Source: Bacteroidales bacterium (GTDB taxonomy: Bacteria > Bacteroidota > Bacteroidia > Bacteroidales > Muribaculaceae). Taken from it: a stretch of 64,000 nt of DNA. A program made the translations under genes and the position numbers. The notes under the pieces are model-generated. The model had not been told where the DNA came from and did no database searches. It saw only the letters and a list, made by a program, of their open reading frames with translations. Every line of letters begins with the position of its first letter. Within the stretch, counting starts at the first letter, position 1. Location: assembly GCA_004557825.1 (NCBI GenBank), contig SFFL01000004.1, forward strand, positions 55,808-119,807. The letters run 5' to 3'. Below, in pieces: positions 1-9,029 of the stretch.

Positions 1-1414
1 GAAAAATCGCTTTCTAATCTCCGCTCTAATCGGCGCCGCCGCTGTGGCTGCAGTTGCTGCCCCTAAGGCTCCTAAGGCTGCCCAGGCTGCCGCGCCCAAA
101 TATATCTTCTATATGATCGGCGACGGCATGGGCTGGAGCCATGTCACCAACGCGCAGCTCTTTATGGAGGATGTGCTCGGCTGCGACAGCACCCTCACGA
201 TGCTCTCGATGCCCGTGGCTTCCTCGGCGCGCACTCACTCCGCTTCCTCCCGTGTGACCGACTCGGCAGCTGCCGGTACGGCCCTCTCCACCGGTTATAA
301 GACCAACAACGGTATGCTGGGCGTCACCCCCGACACCACCGCCGTAACCTCCATCGCCAAAACCCTCTTCGACCGCGGCTGGGGTGTGGGCCTTATCTCC
401 ACCGTCGCCATCGACGACGCCACCCCCGGCGCCTTCTACGCCCATGTGCCCTCGCGCGGCGAATTCCTCACCATCGGCCGACAGTTGGCCGAGTCGGGCT
501 ATCAGTTTGCCGCCGGTTCCGGCCTGCTCGGCCGTCTCGACAGCAAGGGCGAATCCACCGGCCTTACCGACTACTTTGCCGAGAAGGGGATGAAGATTGC
601 CTACGGCCCGGAAGGCCTCAATGAGGTGGCCGACCGTCTGCTGGTGCTCTCTGCCGACACCTTGCGCAACTGGAATGTGGGCTTCGCCGTTGACTCGGTG
701 CCCGGCGCCCTCACCCTCCCCGCCATGACCGAGGCCGGTATCCGCCACCTTATGCGCACCAATCCCGACCATTTCTTTATGATGGTTGAGGGTGGCAGCA
801 TCGACCACGGCGGCCACGCCAACGACGGCGGCACTATCGTGCGCGAGGTGCTCAACTTCGACGAGGCCATCGGTGTGGCTTACCGGTTCTATCTGGCGCA
901 CCCCGACGAAACGCTCATCGTGGTCACCGCCGACCACGAAACCGGCGGTATGTCGGTGGGCAACAACCACACCGGTTACTCGGTTCAGTCGGCCAAGAAC
1001 GCCGGGCAGAAGATCTCCAAGGACCTCTTCAACGAGAAAATCAAATCGCTGGCCCACGACCGCCGCTTGTGGCGCTGGGACGATATGAAGGAATATCTGG
1101 CCGAAAACCTCGGTCTGGGCACCAATTTCACCATCACTCCCGAGGAGGAGAAGGAGCTGGCCGACAGCTTCAACGCTATGATGGAGGGGCGCAACACCGG
1201 CGAGCAGAAGACGCTCTACGCCACCTTCGACGGCTTCACTGCCCGCGTGTTTGAGCTGCTCAACCGCGAAGCCGGCTTCGGCTTCACCACCAGCAAGCAC
1301 ACCGGCACCCCGGTGCCCGTGTTTGCCGTAGGCGTGGGTGCCGACCGCTTCAGCCGTCTGGCCGACAACACCGACCTGCCCCGCCGCATCCTCTCCATCG
1401 CCGAGGGCAAGTAA
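1..1414 (+). CDS. Alkaline phosphatase, secreted; 5' end just outside the window
   Basis: Motifs IGDGMG, TDSAAAGTAL, VEGGSIDHGGH and VTADHETGG. The frame is open from base 2 (KNRFLISALIGAAAV, signal-like), so base 1 is probably the G of the ATG. Confidence 0.92.
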   Translation, partial: KNRFLISALIGAAAVAAVAAPKAPKAAQAAAPKYIFYMIGDGMGWSHVTNAQLFMEDVLGCDSTLTMLSMPVASSARTHSASSRVTDSAAAGTALSTGYKTNNGMLGVTPDTTAVTSIAKTLFDRGWGVGLISTVAIDDATPGAFYAHVPSRGEFLTIGRQLAESGYQFAAGSGLLGRLDSKGESTGLTDYFAEKGMKIAYGPEGLNEVADRLLVLSADTLRNWNVGFAVDSVPGALTLPAMTEAGIRHLMRTNPDHFFMMVEGGSIDHGGHANDGGTIVREVLNFDEAIGVAYRFYLAHPDETLIVVTADHETGGMSVGNNHTGYSVQSAKNAGQKISKDLFNEKIKSLAHDRRLWRWDDMKEYLAENLGLGTNFTITPEEEKELADSFNAMMEGRNTGEQKTLYATFDGFTARVFELLNREAGFGFTTSKHTGTPVPVFAVGVGADRFSRLADNTDLPRRILSIAEGK

Positions 1415-1600
1415 AAATTGAAAATTTAAAATTGAAAATTTAAAATTGCCATCTGGGGCAGGACATCCGGTGCGGGCCATCCGGGGCTGCGCAGCATCAT
1501 TTCGGGTATGTCCCCTCAACACAGTGCTGAGGGCGCATGCCCGAAGGAAGGCGGGCCATCCGGGGCGGGCGCGAATAATCGCGCCCCCTACAGGCCTTTC
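1413..1600. repeat. Composite intergenic repeat: AAAATT(G/T) heptamers + 46-bp hairpin + GTAG REP-like hairpin
   Basis: Heptamers 1413-1448, hairpin 1501-1546, REP-like module 1556-1592. Confidence 0.85.
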
Positions 1601-1656
1601 CGCACGGCTTTTTGGTTTTGTGTATTTCTCTGTCCTCTTCTCCGCTTGTTTTTGCG

Positions 1657-2388
1657 ATGAATAGAATAATAGCCATAATCTTTGCCTTGGTGCTTGGCGC
1701 CGCCGGGCTGCCTGCTGCAGCTGAGAATGCTGCTGCCGGTGAGCCTGCCGCTGCTGAAAAGGCCGCCGGGAGTGCTGCCGGAAGGGGCGCCGGGAGCGCC
1801 GAGATGGGGGCGCTGGAGGTGGAGGTGACGCTCCACCCCGAGGAGTATCGCGCGCTGCTGAGCCGTTTCGTGCAGGCCGATACCACCCTTACTCCTGCCG
1901 AGGTGGAGAAGGTTTACTATGGCTTCCCCTTCACCTGCGCCTATGAGCCGCGCGACAGCTTCCCTGCCCTCCGGGAGGCTTTCGACAGCGGCGATTACCG
2001 CGAGGCTGCCCGGTTGCTGCCCGAGGCCCTGGAGCTGAATCCGGTGTCGCTCGACCTGCTGGTGATGGCTATGGCCGTCTACGACGCTGCCCCCGGTGGG
2101 GAAGCGGCCCGCCGGTCGCTCAACGCCTCGCTGCGCTCCGATATGATTGCCTCGGCCATTCTTGAGAGCGGCCGCGGCACCATCGCTCCCTCCCCCTTCC
2201 GGGTGATTTGCCGCAAGGATATGGAGCGCATCCTGCGTAACGTCCTCGGCGTCGGCGTAATCGTGGGCGTCACCCACGCCGGGAAAGTCCTTGCGGTGAA
2301 ATTCCGCTTCCCCGGCAAGCTGCGCGAGCACATCCTCTATTTCGATAACTCACTGGAGGAGAATTTCCTCTCCACACATCCCTTATAG
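1657..2388 (+). CDS. Exported DUF4919-like protein
   Basis: Signal peptide MNRIIAIIFALVLG, then Y..LL.RF..ADTTLT..E..KVYYG and a C-terminal LYFD. Confidence 0.65.
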   Translation: MNRIIAIIFALVLGAAGLPAAAENAAAGEPAAAEKAAGSAAGRGAGSAEMGALEVEVTLHPEEYRALLSRFVQADTTLTPAEVEKVYYGFPFTCAYEPRDSFPALREAFDSGDYREAARLLPEALELNPVSLDLLVMAMAVYDAAPGGEAARRSLNASLRSDMIASAILESGRGTIAPSPFRVICRKDMERILRNVLGVGVIVGVTHAGKVLAVKFRFPGKLREHILYFDNSLEENFLSTHPL

Positions 2389-2390
2389 CT

Positions 2391-3236
2391 ATGTCAGAAA
2401 AAGCCGCCGAAAAATGGACCGAGATTGAGCACCTCCCCGAGTGGGATGAGGAGTTCTACCACGTCTACACCGCCAAGAAGCACGGCAAGTGGGTGATGCT
2501 CAAGACGCTGCGCCCCGAACTGGCCGACGATCCCGCCATGCGCGCCATGATCGAGAAGGAATTTGATGTGCGCTACAATCTGTGCCATCCCAATATCGTG
2601 ATGATCAACGACTTCGAGGATGTGCCCGGGCTGGGCCGCTGCATCATCACCGACGATGTCTACGGCGACTCCCTGCACAAGCTCATCGAGAAGAAGCAGG
2701 TGACCCCCGAGATCCTCGACAAGATTGTGAAGCAGCTCCCCGAGGCCATAGCTTACATCCAGAAGAATCATATCGTGCACCATCCCATCCGGCCTGAGAC
2801 GATAATCTTTACCGAGAATATCCGCAACCTCAAGCTCATAGACGTGGGCTTCGAGCAGAAGCCGAAGCTCTCCACCACCGATGCCGGCGACGATATCCGC
2901 AACTTCGGGCGCGTGCTCCTCGACACCCTCGACGCCCTCCCCCGCGAGGAGGCTGCCACACGTACCGCTGCCCGCTACCGCCGTGTGGCCGAGCGTGCCG
3001 CCGCCACCCCCGCCTCAGGGGGCACCGCCGTCGCCTCCGGAAGCGCCACATCCTCACGCCGAGCCTCCTCGCGCCGCGCCGCGGGTGAGGCGCGCCACCG
3101 CTTCCGCGACGTGCAGGACCTGAAGCTGGCTCTCGCCGGCGACTCCAACCGTCCCATCTATCTCACCATCATAATCTTCCTCTCCATAATGACCCTCATC
3201 CTGGGCTACCTCTGCTGGAAAGCCCCGGAGCTGTGA
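2391..3236 (+). CDS. Ser/Thr kinase-like protein with degenerate catalytic motifs and a C-terminal TM anchor
   Basis: Kinase subdomains are recognisable (VMLK, KEF, LCHPNIV, IVHHPIRPETI, KLIDVG). The C-terminus is hydrophobic. Confidence 0.75.
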   Translation: MSEKAAEKWTEIEHLPEWDEEFYHVYTAKKHGKWVMLKTLRPELADDPAMRAMIEKEFDVRYNLCHPNIVMINDFEDVPGLGRCIITDDVYGDSLHKLIEKKQVTPEILDKIVKQLPEAIAYIQKNHIVHHPIRPETIIFTENIRNLKLIDVGFEQKPKLSTTDAGDDIRNFGRVLLDTLDALPREEAATRTAARYRRVAERAAATPASGGTAVASGSATSSRRASSRRAAGEARHRFRDVQDLKLALAGDSNRPIYLTIIIFLSIMTLILGYLCWKAPEL

Positions 3237-3611
3237 ATAATGCAGAAATTTAGACAGAAAGACATAAAGCAGAGATGGAAGACCTGTAGGGGCGCGATTC
3301 TTCGCGCCCGCCCCCGGATGGGCGGAGAATAGGCGCGGGGCCGGCGTAGCTGTGCTACAGGTATTTCTGACGCGCAGCTACGCAGCGCTATTATTTATAT
3401 AATAGCCTTAAATACCAGGGGTTTGCAGCGCTCCGCGCAGCTGCACCCCTGGCTACACTGACCGCTGGCTACGCCAGCCCATCCGGGCACCCGCCCATTA
3501 AAAATATCTACCATCTAAGCTCTAAGCACTAAAAATATCTGCTATCTAAGCTCTGAGCACTAAATATTTACTATCTAAGCACTAAGCACTAAGAACTATA
3601 AAAGAACTACA
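3237..3611. repeat. Composite intergenic repeat: REP-like hairpin, nested inverted repeats, ATCTAAGCACT heptamers
   Basis: REP at 3285-3321. Most of it recurs inverted at 46935-47124, and 3244-3270 recurs inverted at about 21255-21281. Confidence 0.85.
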
Positions 3612-4742
3612 ATGAGTGTAGAAATTCGCCCAATAGCCCCCACGCGCAGCCAGTTGCGCCGCTTCACACAGTTTGGCATCGACCTTTACCGCGACAACCC
3701 TTACGCGGTGCCTCCGCTGGTCAGAGATGATGTCAACACTCTCTCGCCGAAGGTCAACCCCGCCTTCGATTTTTGCGACTGTCAGTGCTTTATGGCCTAT
3801 CGCGACGGCAAGCCCGTGGGTCGTATCGCCGCAATCATCAACCGTGTGGTCAACGAGCGCACCAACCAGAAGGTGCTCCGCTTCGGCTTCGTCGACTTCA
3901 TCGACGACGACGAGGTGGTCGACGCCCTCTTCGACGCCGCCTCGGAGTGGGGTCGCAAACATGGTATGACCGAAATGGTTGGTCCGATGGGCTTCACCGA
4001 TATGGACCACGAGGGTATGCTCACCGAAGGTTTCGAGGAGTTAGGCACTATGGCCACCATCTACAACTATCCCTATTATCCCCGTCAGATGGAGCGTATG
4101 GGCTTCAAGCGCGACGCCGAGTGGATAGAAATGCTCATAAAGGTGCCTGAGGAAATCCCCGAAAAATACTCCCGTATAGCGCAAATCGTGAAGGAGCGCA
4201 ACAATCTGCGTGTGCTCAAATTCACCAGCCGCAAGAAGCTTAAGGAGCAGTATGGCCAGGCCATCTTCCAGCTCGTCAACGAGGCTTACGACCAGCTCTA
4301 CGGCTATTCGCCCCTCACACCGCGTCAGGTGGAATATTACATCGGTATCTACCTGGGCATACTCAACCTGAAATTCGTGACGCTCGTGGTCGACGAGAAT
4401 GACCGTCTGGTGGCCCTGGGCATCTCCATACAGTCGTTCTCGCGAGCTCTGCAGAAGAGCCGCGGAAAACTCTTCCCCTTCGGGTGGTGGTATCTGCTGC
4501 AGGCCCTGCGCGGCAAAACAGATATCGTGGACCTGTTGCTCATCGCCGTGAAGCCCGAATACCAGAACAAGGGGGTCAACGCTCTGCTCTTCACCGACCT
4601 AATCCCCAACTACATCGCCGCCGGCATGAAATACGCCGAAACCAACCCCGAGCTGCAGACCAACAACAAGGTGCGCGGCCAGTGGGATTACTTCGACACG
4701 CGCCTCCACCGCCGCCGCTGCTCCTTCCGCAAGCCGCTCTAA
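3612..4742 (+). CDS. GNAT-family N-acetyltransferase (YghO-like, conserved in Bacteroidetes)
   Basis: Motifs GRIAA, FGFVDFIDD, GPMGFTD, YNYPYY and AVKPEYQNKG. Confidence 0.8.
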   Translation: MSVEIRPIAPTRSQLRRFTQFGIDLYRDNPYAVPPLVRDDVNTLSPKVNPAFDFCDCQCFMAYRDGKPVGRIAAIINRVVNERTNQKVLRFGFVDFIDDDEVVDALFDAASEWGRKHGMTEMVGPMGFTDMDHEGMLTEGFEELGTMATIYNYPYYPRQMERMGFKRDAEWIEMLIKVPEEIPEKYSRIAQIVKERNNLRVLKFTSRKKLKEQYGQAIFQLVNEAYDQLYGYSPLTPRQVEYYIGIYLGILNLKFVTLVVDENDRLVALGISIQSFSRALQKSRGKLFPFGWWYLLQALRGKTDIVDLLLIAVKPEYQNKGVNALLFTDLIPNYIAAGMKYAETNPELQTNNKVRGQWDYFDTRLHRRRCSFRKPL

Positions 4743-5060
4743 TGCACAATAGCAAAGACAGGAGCACAGGAGCACAGGAGGCTGCGCGGCGTGGCTTTTG
4801 ATGCTACCTTAGCTAAAGCAGCTACCTCAGCTAAAGCAGCTAAGGTAGAGGCGGGGCGGAGAGGCATGTAGGGGCGCGATTTTTCGCGCCCGCCCCGGAT
4901 GGCCGTTGGAGGCTGTAGGGGCGCGATTCTTCGCGGCCGCCCCGGATGGCCGCCCGGGATAGAGGCAGCGGGAACCGGGCGGCCTTGTTGCGTGATCGGC
5001 CGTGCACGGCCGATAACAGGACAAGGCCTGCCGGGGAGCTGGGGAAGCCTGCCTGGGGGG
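4743..5060. repeat. Composite intergenic repeat: CAGGAGCA module, TTAGCTAA module, two REP-like hairpins, 20-bp palindrome element
   Basis: REPs at 4867-4902 and 4914-4949, palindrome element at 4981-5028. Confidence 0.85.
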
Positions 5061-5072
5061 CGGGCGGGGGGA

Positions 5073-7844
5073 TCAGAGGACGATGTTGATGATGCGGTTG
5101 GGGACCACGATGAGCTTTTTGGGGGTGCGGCCGTCGAGCCAGCGGGCGGCTTCGGGGGCGGCGAGGGCCATCTGTTCGATGGTTTCGCGGGTGGCGTCGG
5201 CGGGCACTTCGAGCATAAAGCGTGTTTTGCCGTTGAAGCTAACGGGGAGCTTCACGGAGCTTTCCACGAGATATTTCTCCTCCCAGCGGGGCCAGGGAGC
5301 GTCGCAGACGGTTTTGGCGTCGGGGTCGAGGGCGTGCCACAGCTCTTCGGCGATGTGGGGGCAGAAGGGGGCGATGAGCACTACCAGCGGTGTGAGGATG
5401 GAGCGCGAGTGGCAGTTGAGGCGCGACAGCTCGTTGACGCAGATCATAAAGGCCGAAACCGAGGTGTTGTAGGAGAAAGCTTCGATGTCGGCAGTAACCT
5501 TCTTGATGAGCGTATGGAGGGCTTTGAGGGCTTCAGGCGAGGGCTTGGAGTCGTCGACAAGGAAAGTATCGCCTTTGTAGAAAAGATTCCAGAATTTGCG
5601 CAGGAAACGGTTCACGCCGTCGATGCCGTTGGTGTCCCACGGTTTCGACTGCTCCACGGGGCCGAGGAACATCTCGTAGAGGCGGAGTGTGTCGGCGCCG
5701 TAGCGGTCGACGATATCGTCGGGGTTAACCACATTGAACATCGACTTCGACATCTTCTCCACGGCGTATCCGCAGACATATTCGCCATCCTCCAGGATGA
5801 ACTCGGCTGTGGCGTAGTCGGGGCGCCATGCGCGGAATTTCTCCAGGTCGAGACGGTCGTTGCTCACGATGTTGACATCCACGTGGATGGGGGTGGTGTC
5901 GTATTTGTCCTTCAGACCGGCCGACACGAAAGTGTTGGTGTCCTTGATGCGGTAAACGAAGTTGGAGCGGCCCTGAATCATACCCTGGTTGATGAGCTTG
6001 GCGAACGGCTCGTCGCGGCACACCTTGCCAAGGTCGTAGAGGAATTTGTTCCAAAAACGGGAGTAGATGAGGTGACCGGTGGCGTGCTCGGTGCCGCCCA
6101 CATAGAGGTCGACCTGCTGCCAGTAGTTGTTGGCCTCGGGGCTAACCAACTCATTGTGGTTGCGCGGGTCCATATAGCGCAGATAGTAGGCCGAGGAGCC
6201 GGCGAAGCCCGGCATAGTGTTCAGTTCCAGGGGATAACCCTCGGAAGTGCACCAGTTCTTGGCGCGGCCCAGGGGCGGCTCGCCCTGCTCGGTGGGGAGG
6301 TATTTGTCAATTTCGGGGAGCTGCAGGGGGAGCTTGTCGAGAGGCAGCACGTGGGGGATGCCATCCTTGTAGTAGACGGGGAACGGCTCGCCCCAGTAAC
6401 GCTGACGCGAGAAAATGGCGTCGCGCAGACGGTAGTTCACCTTCACGCGGCCGATGCCCTCAGCCTCGATAAACTGCTTTGTGCGGGCGATAGCCTCCTT
6501 CACTTCCAGGCCGTTGAGATTGAGCTTGTCGGAGGCCGAGTTGATCATCCGGCCCTCCTTTGCGTCGAAGGAAGCCTCGCTCACGTCGGCACCCTCGATC
6601 AGCGGAATCACGGGGAGATGGAAATGACGGGCGAAAGCGTAGTCGCGCGAGTCGTGGGCGGGCACGGCCATAATGGCGCCGGTGCCGTATCCGGCGAGCA
6701 CATAGTCGCTCACATAGATAGGTATCTTCTTGCCGCTGAGGGGGTTGATGGCGTAGGCACCGGTGAACACACCGCTCACACGGCGGTCGGCGATGCGCTC
6801 GCGCTCAGTCTTGTGCTTGATTTCGTCGCGATAGTCGGCCACGGCCTGCTTCTGGTCGGGGGTGGTGACCATATCCACATACTTGCTTTCGGGGGCCAGC
6901 ACCATAAACGTTACACCGAACACTGTGTCGGCGCGGGTGGTGAAGATGGTCATCTCCACATCCGAGTCGGCCACCTTAAACTGCATCTCGGCGCCCTCGG
7001 AGCGGCCGATCCAGTTGCGCTGCGTCTCCTTGATGGAGTCGCTCCAGGCCAGACGGTCAAGCCCTTCGAGCAGACGGGGAGCATAGGCGCTCACCCTGAG
7101 GCACCACTGATACATCAGCTTCTGCTCCACGGGGTAACCGCCGCGCACGCTCACACCCTCGCTCACCTCGTCGTTGGCCAGCACGGTGCCGAGCTTTGGG
7201 CACCAGTTCACCATTGTATTGCCAAGATAGGCAATGCGGTAGTTCATAAGGGTGTCGCTCTTCTCCTTCTCCGACATGGCTTTCCACTCCTCGGCGGTGA
7301 AGGTCAGCGGCTTGGTCTCGGCGGCCTTAACGCCCTCGGTGCCCTTCTCCTCGAAGTGGCGGATTAGGTCGGCGATGGGGAGCGCCTTGTCGGCAGCGAG
7401 GTCGTAGTAGTGGTTGAACATCTCGATGAAGGCCCACTGCGTCCAGTGGTAATATTCCGGGTCGCAGGTGCGGATTTCGCGGTCCCAGTCGTAGCAGAAA
7501 CCGATACGGTCGAGCTGCGAACGGTAGCGGGCGATATTCTCCGAGGTGGTTTTCTCGGGATGCTGACCGGTCTGGATGGCGTACTGCTCAGCGGGGAGGC
7601 CGTAGGCGTCGTAGCCCATCGGGTGGAGCACATTGAAGCCATTCAGACGCTTGTAGCGGGCGAAGATATCGCTGGCTATATAGCCCAGCGGATGCCCCAC
7701 GTGAAGTCCCGCACCCGAGGGATAGGGAAACATATCCAGTACATAGAACTTGGGGCGTGAGGGGTCGACCTCGGCGTGATAAACCTTATTTTCTTTCCAG
7801 TACTGCTGCCAGCGCTGTTCGATTTTCTTATGATTGTAATCCAT
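5073..7844 (-). CDS. leuS: Leucine--tRNA ligase
   Basis: [14 protein letters not shown] (HIGH) and KMSKS motifs. Start placed at MDYNHKKIE. Confidence 0.98.
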   Translation of the reverse strand: MDYNHKKIEQRWQQYWKENKVYHAEVDPSRPKFYVLDMFPYPSGAGLHVGHPLGYIASDIFARYKRLNGFNVLHPMGYDAYGLPAEQYAIQTGQHPEKTTSENIARYRSQLDRIGFCYDWDREIRTCDPEYYHWTQWAFIEMFNHYYDLAADKALPIADLIRHFEEKGTEGVKAAETKPLTFTAEEWKAMSEKEKSDTLMNYRIAYLGNTMVNWCPKLGTVLANDEVSEGVSVRGGYPVEQKLMYQWCLRVSAYAPRLLEGLDRLAWSDSIKETQRNWIGRSEGAEMQFKVADSDVEMTIFTTRADTVFGVTFMVLAPESKYVDMVTTPDQKQAVADYRDEIKHKTERERIADRRVSGVFTGAYAINPLSGKKIPIYVSDYVLAGYGTGAIMAVPAHDSRDYAFARHFHLPVIPLIEGADVSEASFDAKEGRMINSASDKLNLNGLEVKEAIARTKQFIEAEGIGRVKVNYRLRDAIFSRQRYWGEPFPVYYKDGIPHVLPLDKLPLQLPEIDKYLPTEQGEPPLGRAKNWCTSEGYPLELNTMPGFAGSSAYYLRYMDPRNHNELVSPEANNYWQQVDLYVGGTEHATGHLIYSRFWNKFLYDLGKVCRDEPFAKLINQGMIQGRSNFVYRIKDTNTFVSAGLKDKYDTTPIHVDVNIVSNDRLDLEKFRAWRPDYATAEFILEDGEYVCGYAVEKMSKSMFNVVNPDDIVDRYGADTLRLYEMFLGPVEQSKPWDTNGIDGVNRFLRKFWNLFYKGDTFLVDDSKPSPEALKALHTLIKKVTADIEAFSYNTSVSAFMICVNELSRLNCHSRSILTPLVVLIAPFCPHIAEELWHALDPDAKTVCDAPWPRWEEKYLVESSVKLPVSFNGKTRFMLEVPADATRETIEQMALAAPEAARWLDGRTPKKLIVVPNRIINIVL

Positions 7845-7921
7845 AATGGGAATTTTTAATGTGGAATTGTGAATTTTAAACTGGCCTCCGGTTAGCCAAT
7901 TCAACATTCAAAAATTAAAAT

Positions 7922-8860
7922 TCAAAATTTATAACTAAGCATACGCTCGATGGGGCGGATGGCGCGGGCGGCCACCTCGGGGTCAACCTCGATGGCCGGG
8001 GAGAGGTCGCGCAGACAGTTGCGCAGCTTCTCCAGGGTGTTGAGCTTCATGTAGGAGCAGTTGTTGCAGGCACAACCGGCTTGCTCGGGGGGAGCGGGGA
8101 TGAAGGTCTTGTCGGGGCATTGCTGACGCATCTTGTGGAGGATGCCGCTCTCGGTGGCCACGATAAACTCGCGGGCGTCGCTTTTTGCGGCATAGCTCAG
8201 CAGGGCGGCGGTGGAGCCGACGTGGTCGGCCAGCATAGCCACGGCCTGCTTGCACTCGGGGTGCACCAGCAGCTTGGCCTCGGGGTGCTCCTTCTTCAGG
8301 CGGAGGATTTCGGAGAGGGAGAACTGCTCATGCACGTGGCAGGCGCCATCCCACAGGAGCATCTTGCGCCCCGTGGTCTGGTTGATATAGTTGCCCAGGT
8401 TGCGGTCGGGACCGAAGATAATGGGGGTATCCTCGGGGAGCGCCTCCACAATCTTTTGGGCATTGGAGGAGGTGACCACTACATCGGTCAGCGCCTTTAC
8501 GGCGGCGGAAGTGTTGACGTAGCTCACCACCGTGTGGCCTGGATGCGCCTCCACAAACGCCTTAAACTCCTCGGCGGGGCAGGAGTCGGCCAGCGAGCAG
8601 CCGGCCTCCATATCGGGCACAAGCACCGTCTTGTCGGGGCAGAGAATCTTGGCCGTCTCGCCCATAAAGTGCACACCGCAGAGCACAATCACCTTGTTGG
8701 GCAGCGTGCGGGCCTTCTGAGCCAGGGCCAGGGAATCGCCCACCACATCGGCCACATCCTGGATGTCGCCGTCGGTGTAGAAGTGGGCCATAATTGCGGC
8801 GTCGCGCTCCTTGCGCAGCCGGTTTATTTCATTGATAAGCTGAAGTTTGCCTTCTGACAT
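7922..8860 (-). CDS. nadA: Quinolinate synthase
   Basis: Motifs GDSLAL, CGVHFMGE, AGCSLA, YVNTSA, CHVH, HPEC and CSYMK. Confidence 0.97.
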   Translation of the reverse strand: MSEGKLQLINEINRLRKERDAAIMAHFYTDGDIQDVADVVGDSLALAQKARTLPNKVIVLCGVHFMGETAKILCPDKTVLVPDMEAGCSLADSCPAEEFKAFVEAHPGHTVVSYVNTSAAVKALTDVVVTSSNAQKIVEALPEDTPIIFGPDRNLGNYINQTTGRKMLLWDGACHVHEQFSLSEILRLKKEHPEAKLLVHPECKQAVAMLADHVGSTAALLSYAAKSDAREFIVATESGILHKMRQQCPDKTFIPAPPEQAGCACNNCSYMKLNTLEKLRNCLRDLSPAIEVDPEVAARAIRPIERMLSYKF

Positions 8861-8882
8861 AAGAAAACGAGAGTAATTTTTG

Positions 8883-8953
8883 CAAAATTAGCAATTTTTC
8901 CGCTGACAGCCAACGTGCTTGCTTGCAAATCTCGCCAAAAAGCCCTAAATTTG
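8883..8953. promoter_or_regulatory. Divergent Bacteroidetes -7 promoter elements (nadA / secreted protein)
   Basis: TAATTTTG on the minus strand (8883-8890) and TAAATTTG on the plus strand (8946-8953) match TAnnTTTG. Confidence 0.6.
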
Positions 8954-9029
8954 TCGCTTACAATATATTCATTGCAAAAACTTCAAAAAAATCATATCAC
9001 ATTTATTCACAAACTAAACATCGTTTTAC

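Noticed and set aside
3497..3600. ~31-bp periodic repeats as a possible CRISPR array
   Set aside because: The units are contiguous degenerate heptamer composites with no unique spacers and no cas genes.
4899..7367. Long antisense ORFs (822 aa here; also 26-1522, 34621-36213 and 40954-43068)
   Set aside because: These are shadows of GC-biased codon usage opposite well-supported genes, and they have no recognisable motifs.
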